DNA of 64,000 bases from positions 5,024,001 to 5,088,000 of the forward strand of contig CBDBDQ010000005.1 of the NCBI GenBank assembly GCA_965203905.1. The letters run 5' to 3'. A program made the position numbers and the translations under genes. The notes under the pieces were generated by a model. That model had not been told where the DNA came from and did no database searches. It saw only the letters and a program-made list of their open reading frames with translations. This DNA comes from Spirochaetia bacterium (GTDB lineage Bacteria > Spirochaetota > Spirochaetia > SZUA-6 > Bin103). Every line of letters begins with the position of its first letter. The first letter of the stretch is position 1. Positions 31,238 to 39,789 of this stretch are shown here, in pieces.

Positions 31238-32332
31238 CTAAAGGAACTTCAAGCAAACAGGGGCTGGCACCTGGACGCTGCAGCCGGTATACACTGGCAG
31301 GCCTGAATCCGGATCCAGGGCGAATACATTTATGCAGTCTGAAAAATGGTTTCCCGCCAGCAGGAATCTTCCTGTCGGATCCAGGGTGAAACCGCGCGGA
31401 GCCTTGCCCCCGGTATGCTCATGGCCCTTGGCTTGAAGCTCGCCCTTTATCGGGTCAAACGAGAAGATGGCAATGCTGTCATGGCCCCGGTTGGAGCAGT
31501 ACAGGTAGCGGCCCGAGGGGGCAACGTGGATATCCGCACAGTGGTTGGTCTCGTCGAAACCTTCCGGAAGGGTGGATATGTGCTGCACCGGCGTCAGCTT
31601 TCCGGCCACCTGGTCCCACGAGCACAGGGTTGCCGAGGAGTCCTGCTCGTTGACGGCAAAGAGCCAGCGCCCGTCGGGTGAGAAGCACGTGTGCCGCGGT
31701 CCGGAACCGGTAGCAAGTTGCGCCCACGGATCGTGGCGCTCCAGCTTTCCGTGCTCAGGCTGGAGGCGGTACACGTGGATTCTGTCGGTGCCGACGTTGG
31801 CGCCCAGCACGAACCGGTTGGATGGATCGGAGATGATGCTGTGTACGCGTGGCTTCTCCTGCTCCATCGGAATGCGGCCGGTACCTTCGAGCAGGTGGAA
31901 GTCGGACACCTCCTCAAGCTGCCCGTCGGGTGCGGTCGGGAGAACGCAGATGCTGCCGCCGTTTCTGGCAGGATCGAAGAAGTTCGTCGCAAGCACGAAC
32001 CGTCCCGTTGCATCCAGCGAGAGGTAGCAGGGGCCGGGCCCCCCCGTGGGCTTCTGGTTCAGGGTTCTCAGTGCGCCATCCCCCGGATCGATGGCGAACG
32101 CCGTGATCGCTCCGCTGGCCTTGCCTGCCACGTCGTTCACCTCGTTCACGGCGTAGAGGATTTTCCTCGACGGGGCCAAGGCCAGGTACGTCGGATTGTC
32201 CGCGGCGTAAAGGGCGCCGGTGAGACTGAGCTCTCCGGAAACCGTATCGAAGCGGGCGGTGTAGATGCCTTCACTGGCGGTATCCCGAGTGAAGGTTCCT
32301 ATGAACAGGATATGCTCACTATCTTTCGCCAT
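31238..32332 (-). CDS. Lactonase (6-phosphogluconolactonase/Pgl family)
   Basis: LYAVNE, GSGPRH, SNRGHDSIA, GKAPRGF beta-propeller motifs. Confidence 0.9.
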   Translation of the reverse strand: MAKDSEHILFIGTFTRDTASEGIYTARFDTVSGELSLTGALYAADNPTYLALAPSRKILYAVNEVNDVAGKASGAITAFAIDPGDGALRTLNQKPTGGPGPCYLSLDATGRFVLATNFFDPARNGGSICVLPTAPDGQLEEVSDFHLLEGTGRIPMEQEKPRVHSIISDPSNRFVLGANVGTDRIHVYRLQPEHGKLERHDPWAQLATGSGPRHTCFSPDGRWLFAVNEQDSSATLCSWDQVAGKLTPVQHISTLPEGFDETNHCADIHVAPSGRYLYCSNRGHDSIAIFSFDPIKGELQAKGHEHTGGKAPRGFTLDPTGRFLLAGNHFSDCINVFALDPDSGLPVYTGCSVQVPAPVCLKFL

Positions 32333-32358
32333 GCACTCTCTCCTCAGATTGCTCGCCG

Positions 32359-33642
32359 TCAGATGCCTGGATACTCCAGCAAGGCCTCCGTGCCCTGCAA
32401 GATGATGCCGTCATGGCCTTGCGCTTCAGCGAACTGCATCAGTCGTTGCACCGTCTCCTTCGGCCAGGTGCCCGCCTTGATCACCGGGTACGAAGGAATC
32501 GAGCCATCGTTATACCGGCGTGCCCGCTGCATCTCCAGGGCCACGACGTCATACAACTTCTCGAAGCGCATCTCGAGGTCCACCGTGCCCACCCCCAAGC
32601 CAGCCAGGGTTTGCGGCAGATCCAGGTGATCGTAGCCGAACAACCGATAGACGAGCTGCAACGCATCGGTCTCGTTCAATCCGGGGTTCCACTGGCAGAG
32701 CAGGTCGGCATAGCTGGCAAAGGTCGCCAGGATGAAGATCTCCACGTGCGAGATGAGCGGACTGGTATAGCCGGACCAGCTCAGAAAATCGCGATAGTTG
32801 TGGCCTACCAACAGCGAGAAGCTGGGCGGAAAGGTATCGGTTCCAAAGACGACCTCCCGTCCCGCAGCTTCATGTACCGCGTCCCTGAAGCGGCGCAGTT
32901 GATCGCTGATCACCCGTGCCCGAAACTCGAACCAGTCGGTCAGGCCGGCGTCGATGCCCAGCCGCTGCGACAGGTCGACCAGCCCCCATCCGTCCCCGTT
33001 GGCCATCCGCACCGTCGCGGCGTCCAGATGATGGAGCCGATCCCAAAAGGCCAGGGCACTGGTACGCATGCGCGTGAAGTCGTAGCCCTGCTCGCGGGCC
33101 ACCGCCTGACAGCGCGCGCAGGCGCAACCGAACAGATTGTGCAGGAACGAAGGCGCCGTGTAGCGGCAGTGCGAGAGGTTGAGCCCCTCGACATCGTAGT
33201 TGGCGATCATTTCGGCATAGGCTGAACGCAGCCATTCGTTCAATCCTTCGTGATTGGGACAGAATGCGATGAGGTGCTGCTCCAGGCCGTAACGCAGCTT
33301 GGGAACTGCGCTGATCGGCTGTCCGTGCATATCCTGCATGCACATGGCCGGATGCCGGCCCGCGTCGTCGTGCCACCCCCAGCCACGTATCCAGACCTGC
33401 AGTCCCTTGTCGTGGGCGATATCGAGGGCGCGCCGCAAGTCGGCGTCGTCGTCCTCGCCGGGTGTCGGCACCGTCGCTTCCTGGCCAGGCGGCATGGGAT
33501 TCCTGGCGCGCGTCTCGGGTGAAAAGGTATAGCCCGCCATCAGCACGTGGTTCAGGCCCACGGTGTCGATCAGGGCATCGAAGTAGCCCGGATGTTGCAG
33601 CACGATCCGCGGTTCCGTATACAGTCCGACGAGTTTCGCCAT
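32359..33642 (-). CDS. Hypothetical protein, possibly GH-like TIM barrel
   Basis: 427 aa, coding-like; CPN, YDVEGLNLSHCRY, CACARC resemble GH10-like/DUF187 proteins. Confidence 0.65.
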   Translation of the reverse strand: MAKLVGLYTEPRIVLQHPGYFDALIDTVGLNHVLMAGYTFSPETRARNPMPPGQEATVPTPGEDDDADLRRALDIAHDKGLQVWIRGWGWHDDAGRHPAMCMQDMHGQPISAVPKLRYGLEQHLIAFCPNHEGLNEWLRSAYAEMIANYDVEGLNLSHCRYTAPSFLHNLFGCACARCQAVAREQGYDFTRMRTSALAFWDRLHHLDAATVRMANGDGWGLVDLSQRLGIDAGLTDWFEFRARVISDQLRRFRDAVHEAAGREVVFGTDTFPPSFSLLVGHNYRDFLSWSGYTSPLISHVEIFILATFASYADLLCQWNPGLNETDALQLVYRLFGYDHLDLPQTLAGLGVGTVDLEMRFEKLYDVVALEMQRARRYNDGSIPSYPVIKAGTWPKETVQRLMQFAEAQGHDGIILQGTEALLEYPGI

Positions 33643-33660
33643 CTGCTGTCCCTCCGCCGA

Positions 33661-35733
33661 CTACTCGGCGATGTAGAATTGAACGGGGGTTGCCTGAATC
33701 CAGAGCATGCTCTCGAAGGCGAACGGGAGCACTTCGGGGACGTTGCGCACGCGGTTGTTGACGATGATCGGCCGCACCACGTACGCCACGGTGCCGATCG
33801 CCGGCAGCAGCTCCGCCTGCAGCGCCCACCGCTCTGCGCCCAGCCGGTTGAACTCCTCGTCGTCGGTGGCGTTGGGCCACCCCCAGCCGGTGCGGATGAA
33901 TTTCTCCCACTCCTCCGGAGGTGCCTCGCCCGCGGGTGGTTCCTTGCCCTGGCGGCCTTGTTGCACCCAGAGCTCGTGTTGCCACCACCTATTCCAGTTC
34001 TCGGCGTAAGCCTTGAGGGTGCCGAAACCCGGATTGGAGGCCAGGCGGTTGGGGTTGTAGTCGCCGGCCACGCCCGCGTGCACGTCGAGCTGGTTGGCAG
34101 CCCTGAGCTCGGCGTAGAGCTCTTCGGAGACCATCTTGAGATCGACGCGCACGCCGACCTCCTGCCAGTAGTCCCGTACCAGCTCGCTGATGTTGAAACC
34201 CATCGGCCCGATCACCGACGAGGAACTGGTGCTCATCGACAGCGCAAACGAGCTGCCGTCCGGTCCCTCGCGGACGCCATCGCCGTCGGTATCACGCAAC
34301 CCGATCTCGTCCAGCATCGCCCGCGCCCGCGCCGGGTCGTAGTCGGCAAACGCCGTGGCCCACGCCGGATCGTAGAACCCCGCTCCCGCGGCCACCGTGA
34401 ACTGCTGCGGCGTTGCCAGCCCGTTGAACGCGAACTCGTTGATCTCCTCACGGTTGATGGCCAGCGACATGGCGTGGCGGAACCGCTTGTCGAGGAAGAC
34501 CTGCCGCTTCACCGGATCTTCATGATTGAGGTTGAACATGTAGATCATCCGCGCCGTCTTGAGATCCTGCCACTCGCGCAACGTGTAGTCGCCGATCGAC
34601 TCGTTCTCCTTGTAGAGCGCGAAGTCGGCCGGATCGGGGAGCCGGCCTCCCAGATCGACGCTGCCCTGCATCATGCTGAGAATGGCGACCTCGCTCTGCG
34701 CGAAGTAGCTCATGGTGAGGTTGTCGATATAGGGTAGCTGGTTGCCGGCGGTGTCCACGGCCCAGAAATAGGGGTTGCGCACCCGCGTAATGCCCTTCGA
34801 GTCGCGGTCGGACATGTACCACGGGCCCATCTCCGGCTGGATGTACTTGCGCCGTGGATCGAAGTTGAGCCGATCGTCGAAGTGCTTGATCCAGTCGTCG
34901 TAGCCTTCCTCCGCTGCCAGCTTCTCGGCGTCCGGGTTGAACTTGGGATGGAACTGCTGGAGAAAGTGGACCGGAGCGTAGAAGCGGCCCTGGCGCGAGC
35001 GCGTATACGCCATGAGGACGCTCAGCTTGGGCTGGGTGAGGGCGACGGGAAAGGAGATGCGCAGCGTGTAGTCGCCGAGCGCCTCGAACCTGGCGAGCTC
35101 GCCGCCCAGGGTGAACTGGCCGCGGTTGAAGTTCCTGATCTCCGGATCCTGCATCGTGTGCTCGTACACCCACATCGTGTCGTGCACGGTAAACGGCTCA
35201 CCGTCCGACCAGCGCGCGCCCTCCCGGTAGGAAATCGTGACGACGCGGTTGTCGTCCGAGACCTCGATGCCCCTTGCCAGGTAGGGGATGATGAGGTTGG
35301 AAGTGGGATCGGGCCGGAACATGAAGGCATGTTGCCCGCGGTACATGTCGCCCCAGTCCCCCGGTGACAGCCGGGCCACGCGCAGCGTGCCGCCGTATTG
35401 GCCCACCTCCGAGAACGGGGCGATCACCAGCGGATCGTCGGGCAGCCGGTCCTCCACGGGCGGCAGCTCCCCGGCTGCCACCATCTCCGCCAGCATCGGA
35501 GCTTCGTCGAACGCCGTGATACCGAGCTGTGATGCGGTGGGAGTCTCCAACCAGTTCTGCGGCCAGGTATAGCGACCGGCAACCAGCACCATGTCTGCGG
35601 CTGCCGTGGTGGCCGTGGCAGCCGTGCCTTCCGTAGCGCGCGGTGCGTCCGCGTCGCCCGCGGCAAACAGGAGCGGAGCGACAGCGCTCATGAGCGCGAC
35701 GACAATCGTGACCGAGAGACTTCTCGTTTTCAT
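33661..35733 (-). CDS. ABC solute-binding protein, family 5
   Basis: GELPPVEDRLP, RWSDGEPFT, RNPYFWAVD..GNQLPYID. Confidence 0.92.
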   Translation of the reverse strand: MKTRSLSVTIVVALMSAVAPLLFAAGDADAPRATEGTAATATTAAADMVLVAGRYTWPQNWLETPTASQLGITAFDEAPMLAEMVAAGELPPVEDRLPDDPLVIAPFSEVGQYGGTLRVARLSPGDWGDMYRGQHAFMFRPDPTSNLIIPYLARGIEVSDDNRVVTISYREGARWSDGEPFTVHDTMWVYEHTMQDPEIRNFNRGQFTLGGELARFEALGDYTLRISFPVALTQPKLSVLMAYTRSRQGRFYAPVHFLQQFHPKFNPDAEKLAAEEGYDDWIKHFDDRLNFDPRRKYIQPEMGPWYMSDRDSKGITRVRNPYFWAVDTAGNQLPYIDNLTMSYFAQSEVAILSMMQGSVDLGGRLPDPADFALYKENESIGDYTLREWQDLKTARMIYMFNLNHEDPVKRQVFLDKRFRHAMSLAINREEINEFAFNGLATPQQFTVAAGAGFYDPAWATAFADYDPARARAMLDEIGLRDTDGDGVREGPDGSSFALSMSTSSSSVIGPMGFNISELVRDYWQEVGVRVDLKMVSEELYAELRAANQLDVHAGVAGDYNPNRLASNPGFGTLKAYAENWNRWWQHELWVQQGRQGKEPPAGEAPPEEWEKFIRTGWGWPNATDDEEFNRLGAERWALQAELLPAIGTVAYVVRPIIVNNRVRNVPEVLPFAFESMLWIQATPVQFYIAE

Positions 35734-35886
35734 CCGAGACCTCCGTGCGAGCGAATTGGCCCGTCAGGCCTGGCGTGCCCGGTGCAAAGCTCCGATGTTC
35801 GGCTCAGGGCCGGATCACCGAGCGTACCGCACCGTCGACCGCACCGCAACTGCACCGCAACCGCTCCGGGTGCGACCGGTGCGACC

Positions 35887-37987
35887 TAGGGCCATCCCAT
35901 GCTGAACGACGTCTGAGTCCTGTGTGGGGCCGAGCCGCGGTGACGGCCCCGGCGGCAGCGCCTGCCGGATCGCCGCCTTCAGGGTGTGTGGTTTCGTTCG
36001 CTGCACGATGTGTCCAGGAATGAGCGGGTAGCCGCCCACCGCAACGCCGGTCTCCACCGATGCGTTGCTGCCACGTCGGCGCCGCGGGGCAGGATTCTGC
36101 AAAAAGTGTCAAAAAAAGCTCGCTGAGCACTTGACGGGTTTGGCGCCGCTCGTGACGGCCCCCAGCCGCACGTTCCGGCCCCTCCGACCCTTCGAGCATC
36201 CCGCCACGCCCTCCAGGCCCGTCAGCACCCCGCCAGCGCCGGCCTGCACCCTTTCCGGTGCCGGTCCGGGACTCGCCGAAACCGTCCATTTCTCAGCCAT
36301 GATTATATTTACGCCATGGCTACCGCGACCCCTACCGGCTTCTCCTCCTCGCTCTCCGGGCTCCCCGACCAGGTGCTGCTGGCGCACACCAGGTCCCTCG
36401 TCCTGCATGAGCAGGCGCTGCAGCTCGCCGTCCTCGACCACCTGCGCGAGATCCACGCCCGCCACCTGCACCTGCGCCTCGGGTTCTCCAGCCTTTTCGA
36501 CTACGCGGTACGCGAACTGGGCTACAGCGAAGGTGCCGCGTGGCGCCGTATCAAAGCCATGCGCCTGTGCTCCGATACCGCCGGGTCACGCGAGCGGCTG
36601 CAGGACGGCTCGCTCTCCCTGAGCGCGGCGGCGCAGTTGCAGAACACCTTCGATCTCCTGCAGCGCACGGCCACCACCGCCGCGGACTCCGGCTCCGCAC
36701 CCGCGGCACCGGAGCTGCTGCCGGGCGGCACGGGGCCGGCGCTGGAGGCGGGGGCTTCGGGGGCCGTGGCAGCGGCGTCGGCGCGAGCGGTGCCGGCGTT
36801 GGACGCGGCGCAGCGGCAGGAGCTGGTGGCGCAGGCGAGCGGCAAGAGCACCCGCGAGGTGAAGCAGTTGTTGGCCGGTGTGGCTCCCGAGCTGGCGCCG
36901 CCGGCCGATCGCATGCGGGCGCTGGGGGACGGCCGCTGGGAGCTGAAGGTGGTGATCGACGCCGCCTGTCAGTGCGGGATCGAGCAGCTACGGGGACTGC
37001 TGTCGCACGTGGACCCGCACCTGACGCTGGGGCAGCTGGTGGAGCGGCTGGTGCAGGACGGCCTGCAGCGCTACGACCCGGGGCGGCCGCCGCGCGGGCG
37101 CAGAGGTGGGCGCCGGGAGGCAAGCGCGGGCCAGGCGCTGGAGCCGAAGGCGCAGGAAGAGCCGGCGGGCGGGGCGACTTCGCCGGCGAAGCGGGGCGCG
37201 CAAGAGCAACCCGGAGCGCCGCCGCCGGAGGGCACGAGCGCCGGTGGCAGCACCCCGGCGCCGGCAGAGGAACTCGCGTGCGGGATTGGCGGCGCCGGCA
37301 CCTTGGCGGTGGCAGCGCTGCCCGCGCCGCCGGCGGGGCGCGAGACTTGCGCGGGCAGCACCCCGGTGCGTGCCATGCCAGCGGCGGCGGCGCCCGACAC
37401 CGCTACTTCGGCGGCGAAGTCGGTGGCAGACCGTGGATCCCACGGCACCGCACCGACGCCACGGCGGACGGCGCCGGCAGACCAGGGCAAGCCGACCGCG
37501 CAGGCAGCGGCGGATCGCGGCCGCAGCGCTCCTTCGCCAGCGAAGCGGGCAGGGGCGGCGCAGCTCGATGGCCGTTCGCGGCCGCCGCCGGCACCAGCCG
37601 GCCGCTCCGGAGGCAGCGCGCAGCCGCCCCACCGGGCGCGGCGATCGCGGTACATTCCGGCACCAGTGCGGCGCGCGGTGTGGCGCCGCGACCGCGGCTG
37701 CTGCAGTTACGTCGATCCGCACAGCGGGCGGCGCTGCGGCTCCCGCTTCCTGCTGGAGCTCGACCACATCGTTCCCTTCGCGCTCGGCGGCAGCGCTGAG
37801 CCGCGAAACTTGAGGTTACATTGCGCTGCCCACCATCGCTTCCGGCATCGGGAGTATGGACCGCCGCCGGACGGGACCACATGATCGGTGCTCGTCGGGG
37901 GTTCGAGTTGGGCGGTCGGGTGTCGGTCCGAGGGCAGCGGGAGCAACGACCTACATCCGGCTTGTCGCGCAGCGTGGGATAGTCCTG
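35887..37987 (+). mobile_element. HNH element copy 3 (complete)
   Basis: Ends TAGGGCCATCCCATGCT / AGCGTGGGATAGTCCTG. Confidence 0.88.
36316..37884 (+). CDS. HNH endonuclease with DUF222-like helical N-domain (522 aa)
   Basis: N- and C-domains near-identical to copies 2 and 4. Confidence 0.9.
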   Translation: MATATPTGFSSSLSGLPDQVLLAHTRSLVLHEQALQLAVLDHLREIHARHLHLRLGFSSLFDYAVRELGYSEGAAWRRIKAMRLCSDTAGSRERLQDGSLSLSAAAQLQNTFDLLQRTATTAADSGSAPAAPELLPGGTGPALEAGASGAVAAASARAVPALDAAQRQELVAQASGKSTREVKQLLAGVAPELAPPADRMRALGDGRWELKVVIDAACQCGIEQLRGLLSHVDPHLTLGQLVERLVQDGLQRYDPGRPPRGRRGGRREASAGQALEPKAQEEPAGGATSPAKRGAQEQPGAPPPEGTSAGGSTPAPAEELACGIGGAGTLAVAALPAPPAGRETCAGSTPVRAMPAAAAPDTATSAAKSVADRGSHGTAPTPRRTAPADQGKPTAQAAADRGRSAPSPAKRAGAAQLDGRSRPPPAPAGRSGGSAQPPHRARRSRYIPAPVRRAVWRRDRGCCSYVDPHSGRRCGSRFLLELDHIVPFALGGSAEPRNLRLHCAAHHRFRHREYGPPPDGTT

Positions 37988-38062
37988 GGTACGCAATGAC
38001 TGGCCGCGGAGGTAGGCAGCGGCACCATGGTGGCATGCGGGTCGCGAGCGTAATCGCCACAC

Positions 38063-38389
38063 TCACGCGCCTGTACCAGTCGCGTAGGGGGTTACGAGAT
38101 CGAGCCTTGAGCCCAAGCGATCCTCTTCACTCTCGAGGTCGTGCTGATTTTGCAGGCCCATCCAAAACGCGGCGCTGTTCCCGAAGAAGCGGGCGAACAG
38201 CAGCGCCGTCTCCGCGGTGATCGCGCGCTGCCCGTGTACGATGGCATGAATGCGACGAGGGTCGACGCCAATAGCCTTGGCCAACCGGTACTGGGTGATG
38301 TTCATCGGCGACAGAAATTCCTCAGCGAGGATCTCTCCGGGATGAATCGGTGGAAGTTTCGGTTTTGTATTTTCTTCTTCTCTCGCCAT
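38063..38389 (-). CDS. higA: HigA-family antitoxin (orphan)
   Basis: PIHPGEILAEEFL, RAITAETALLFARFFG, FWMGLQ. Confidence 0.9.
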   Translation of the reverse strand: MAREEENTKPKLPPIHPGEILAEEFLSPMNITQYRLAKAIGVDPRRIHAIVHGQRAITAETALLFARFFGNSAAFWMGLQNQHDLESEEDRLGSRLDLVTPYATGTGA

Positions 38390-38391
38390 AT

Positions 38392-39762
38392 CTATAGTCC
38401 AATTCGTGCCGCCAGATAGCGGGCGCCCTTGCCATCGCCGGCCTGCCGGGTCCACGCGGCCAGCAGGTTCCGGTGGTCGCGCAGCACCCGCTCGTGAGCC
38501 GGGGCCCCGGCCAGATTCACCGTTTCCAGGGGATCTTCGCGCAGGTCGCACAACAGCTCCTCCGACACCCCGTCATGGTGCAGGACGCAATACTTGTAGC
38601 GGTCGCTGCGCAGCATCCTGCCCGCCACCGTCTCGCTCACGACGTAGTCACGCCACCGCGCAGGCTCCTCGCCCAACGCCAGCCGCGCAAAGCTGCGTCC
38701 GGCAAGCCCCTCGGGAGCAGCGACCCCGGCGAGATCGCACAGGGTCGGCAGCAGGTCGATGCAGTTGTTGACCAGGTGCCTCTCGTCCACGCGGCCGGCG
38801 GGCACCCGGCCGGGCCAGCGCACGAGCAACGGCACGTGGACGGCTGCCTCGTAGAACGACCGCTTCATCGTCAGGCGATGCTCGCCGTCGTGGTCGCCAT
38901 GATCGCTGGTGAAGATCACCACCGTGTCCCGCTCCAGCCCCGACTCCCGCAGCGCATCCAGGACGATGCCGATCTGCCGGTCGACGTCGCCCATGAACGA
39001 GCGGTACGCGCCGCGGTAGAGCCGCCACTCCTCGTCGGTCCAGGCCTGAGAGCTGCGGCCGAAGCGGCGGTTCAGGCCCAGCTCCAGCGAAGACTCGTCA
39101 CCCAGCGTGCCGTCGCGGAACGCTGCGATCCAGCGCGGCTCGTCGCGGGTGGGGGCGAAGTTGGCGGGCAACGGCGGGCACCGGTCCAGCGTCAGCTCGC
39201 CGCTGGAGAACTTCCCGGTCTCGCGGTCTACCACCCGACAGATGTCATGAGGATTGATGAACGAGGCCCACAGGAAGAACGGAGCTCCTTGGCGTCTGCC
39301 CTTGCCGCGCTCCAGGAGAAAGTCTCCGGCACGCAGCGCCAGCTCCTCCCGCGAGTTGTCGATGAGACAGCGGAACCCGAACCGCTGCTCGGCTTCGCGG
39401 TTGAACATCGGCAGGCCCTCGACGTGCAGCTTGCCGCCGTAGACCGTTTCGTAGTCGGCCGCCTGCAGACACGACCCCATGGTGGGCGTGGACACCCAGT
39501 CAGCGATGGCGGGGAGCGCCTCCCCGGTGCTCTGGCGGTTGGTCTCCAGACCGCCGAACCGGTGCGGCATATCCCCGCTGAGCAGGCTGTAGCGAGCCGG
39601 CACGCACACCGGGTTGGCGACGTAGGTCAGACCGAAGCTGGTGCCCTCGCGCGCCAGGCGGTCAAGCGCCGGCGTCCGGACGTAGCGGTCACCGGCGTGG
39701 CCGGTCAGCCGGTGGTGCTGCTGGTCGGTGGTGATGAGCAGGATATTGGGGCGCTGAGCCAT
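38392..39762 (-). CDS. Sulfatase
   Basis: PNILLITTDQ, CVPAR (CxPxR), GKLH, FTSDHG. Confidence 0.92.
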   Translation of the reverse strand: MAQRPNILLITTDQQHHRLTGHAGDRYVRTPALDRLAREGTSFGLTYVANPVCVPARYSLLSGDMPHRFGGLETNRQSTGEALPAIADWVSTPTMGSCLQAADYETVYGGKLHVEGLPMFNREAEQRFGFRCLIDNSREELALRAGDFLLERGKGRRQGAPFFLWASFINPHDICRVVDRETGKFSSGELTLDRCPPLPANFAPTRDEPRWIAAFRDGTLGDESSLELGLNRRFGRSSQAWTDEEWRLYRGAYRSFMGDVDRQIGIVLDALRESGLERDTVVIFTSDHGDHDGEHRLTMKRSFYEAAVHVPLLVRWPGRVPAGRVDERHLVNNCIDLLPTLCDLAGVAAPEGLAGRSFARLALGEEPARWRDYVVSETVAGRMLRSDRYKYCVLHHDGVSEELLCDLREDPLETVNLAGAPAHERVLRDHRNLLAAWTRQAGDGKGARYLAARIGL

Positions 39763-39789
39763 GCGGGTCTCCAAAGTGGTCGCGCGCCT

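Noticed and set aside
35820-35886. Short repeats GCACCGCAAC x2 and CCGGTGCGA x2 next to the element
   Set aside because: Too short, no spacers; not CRISPR.
36316-37884. HNH protein as IscB/Cas9-like
   Set aside because: No PLMP or RuvC motifs or bridge helix; the HNH is C-terminal.
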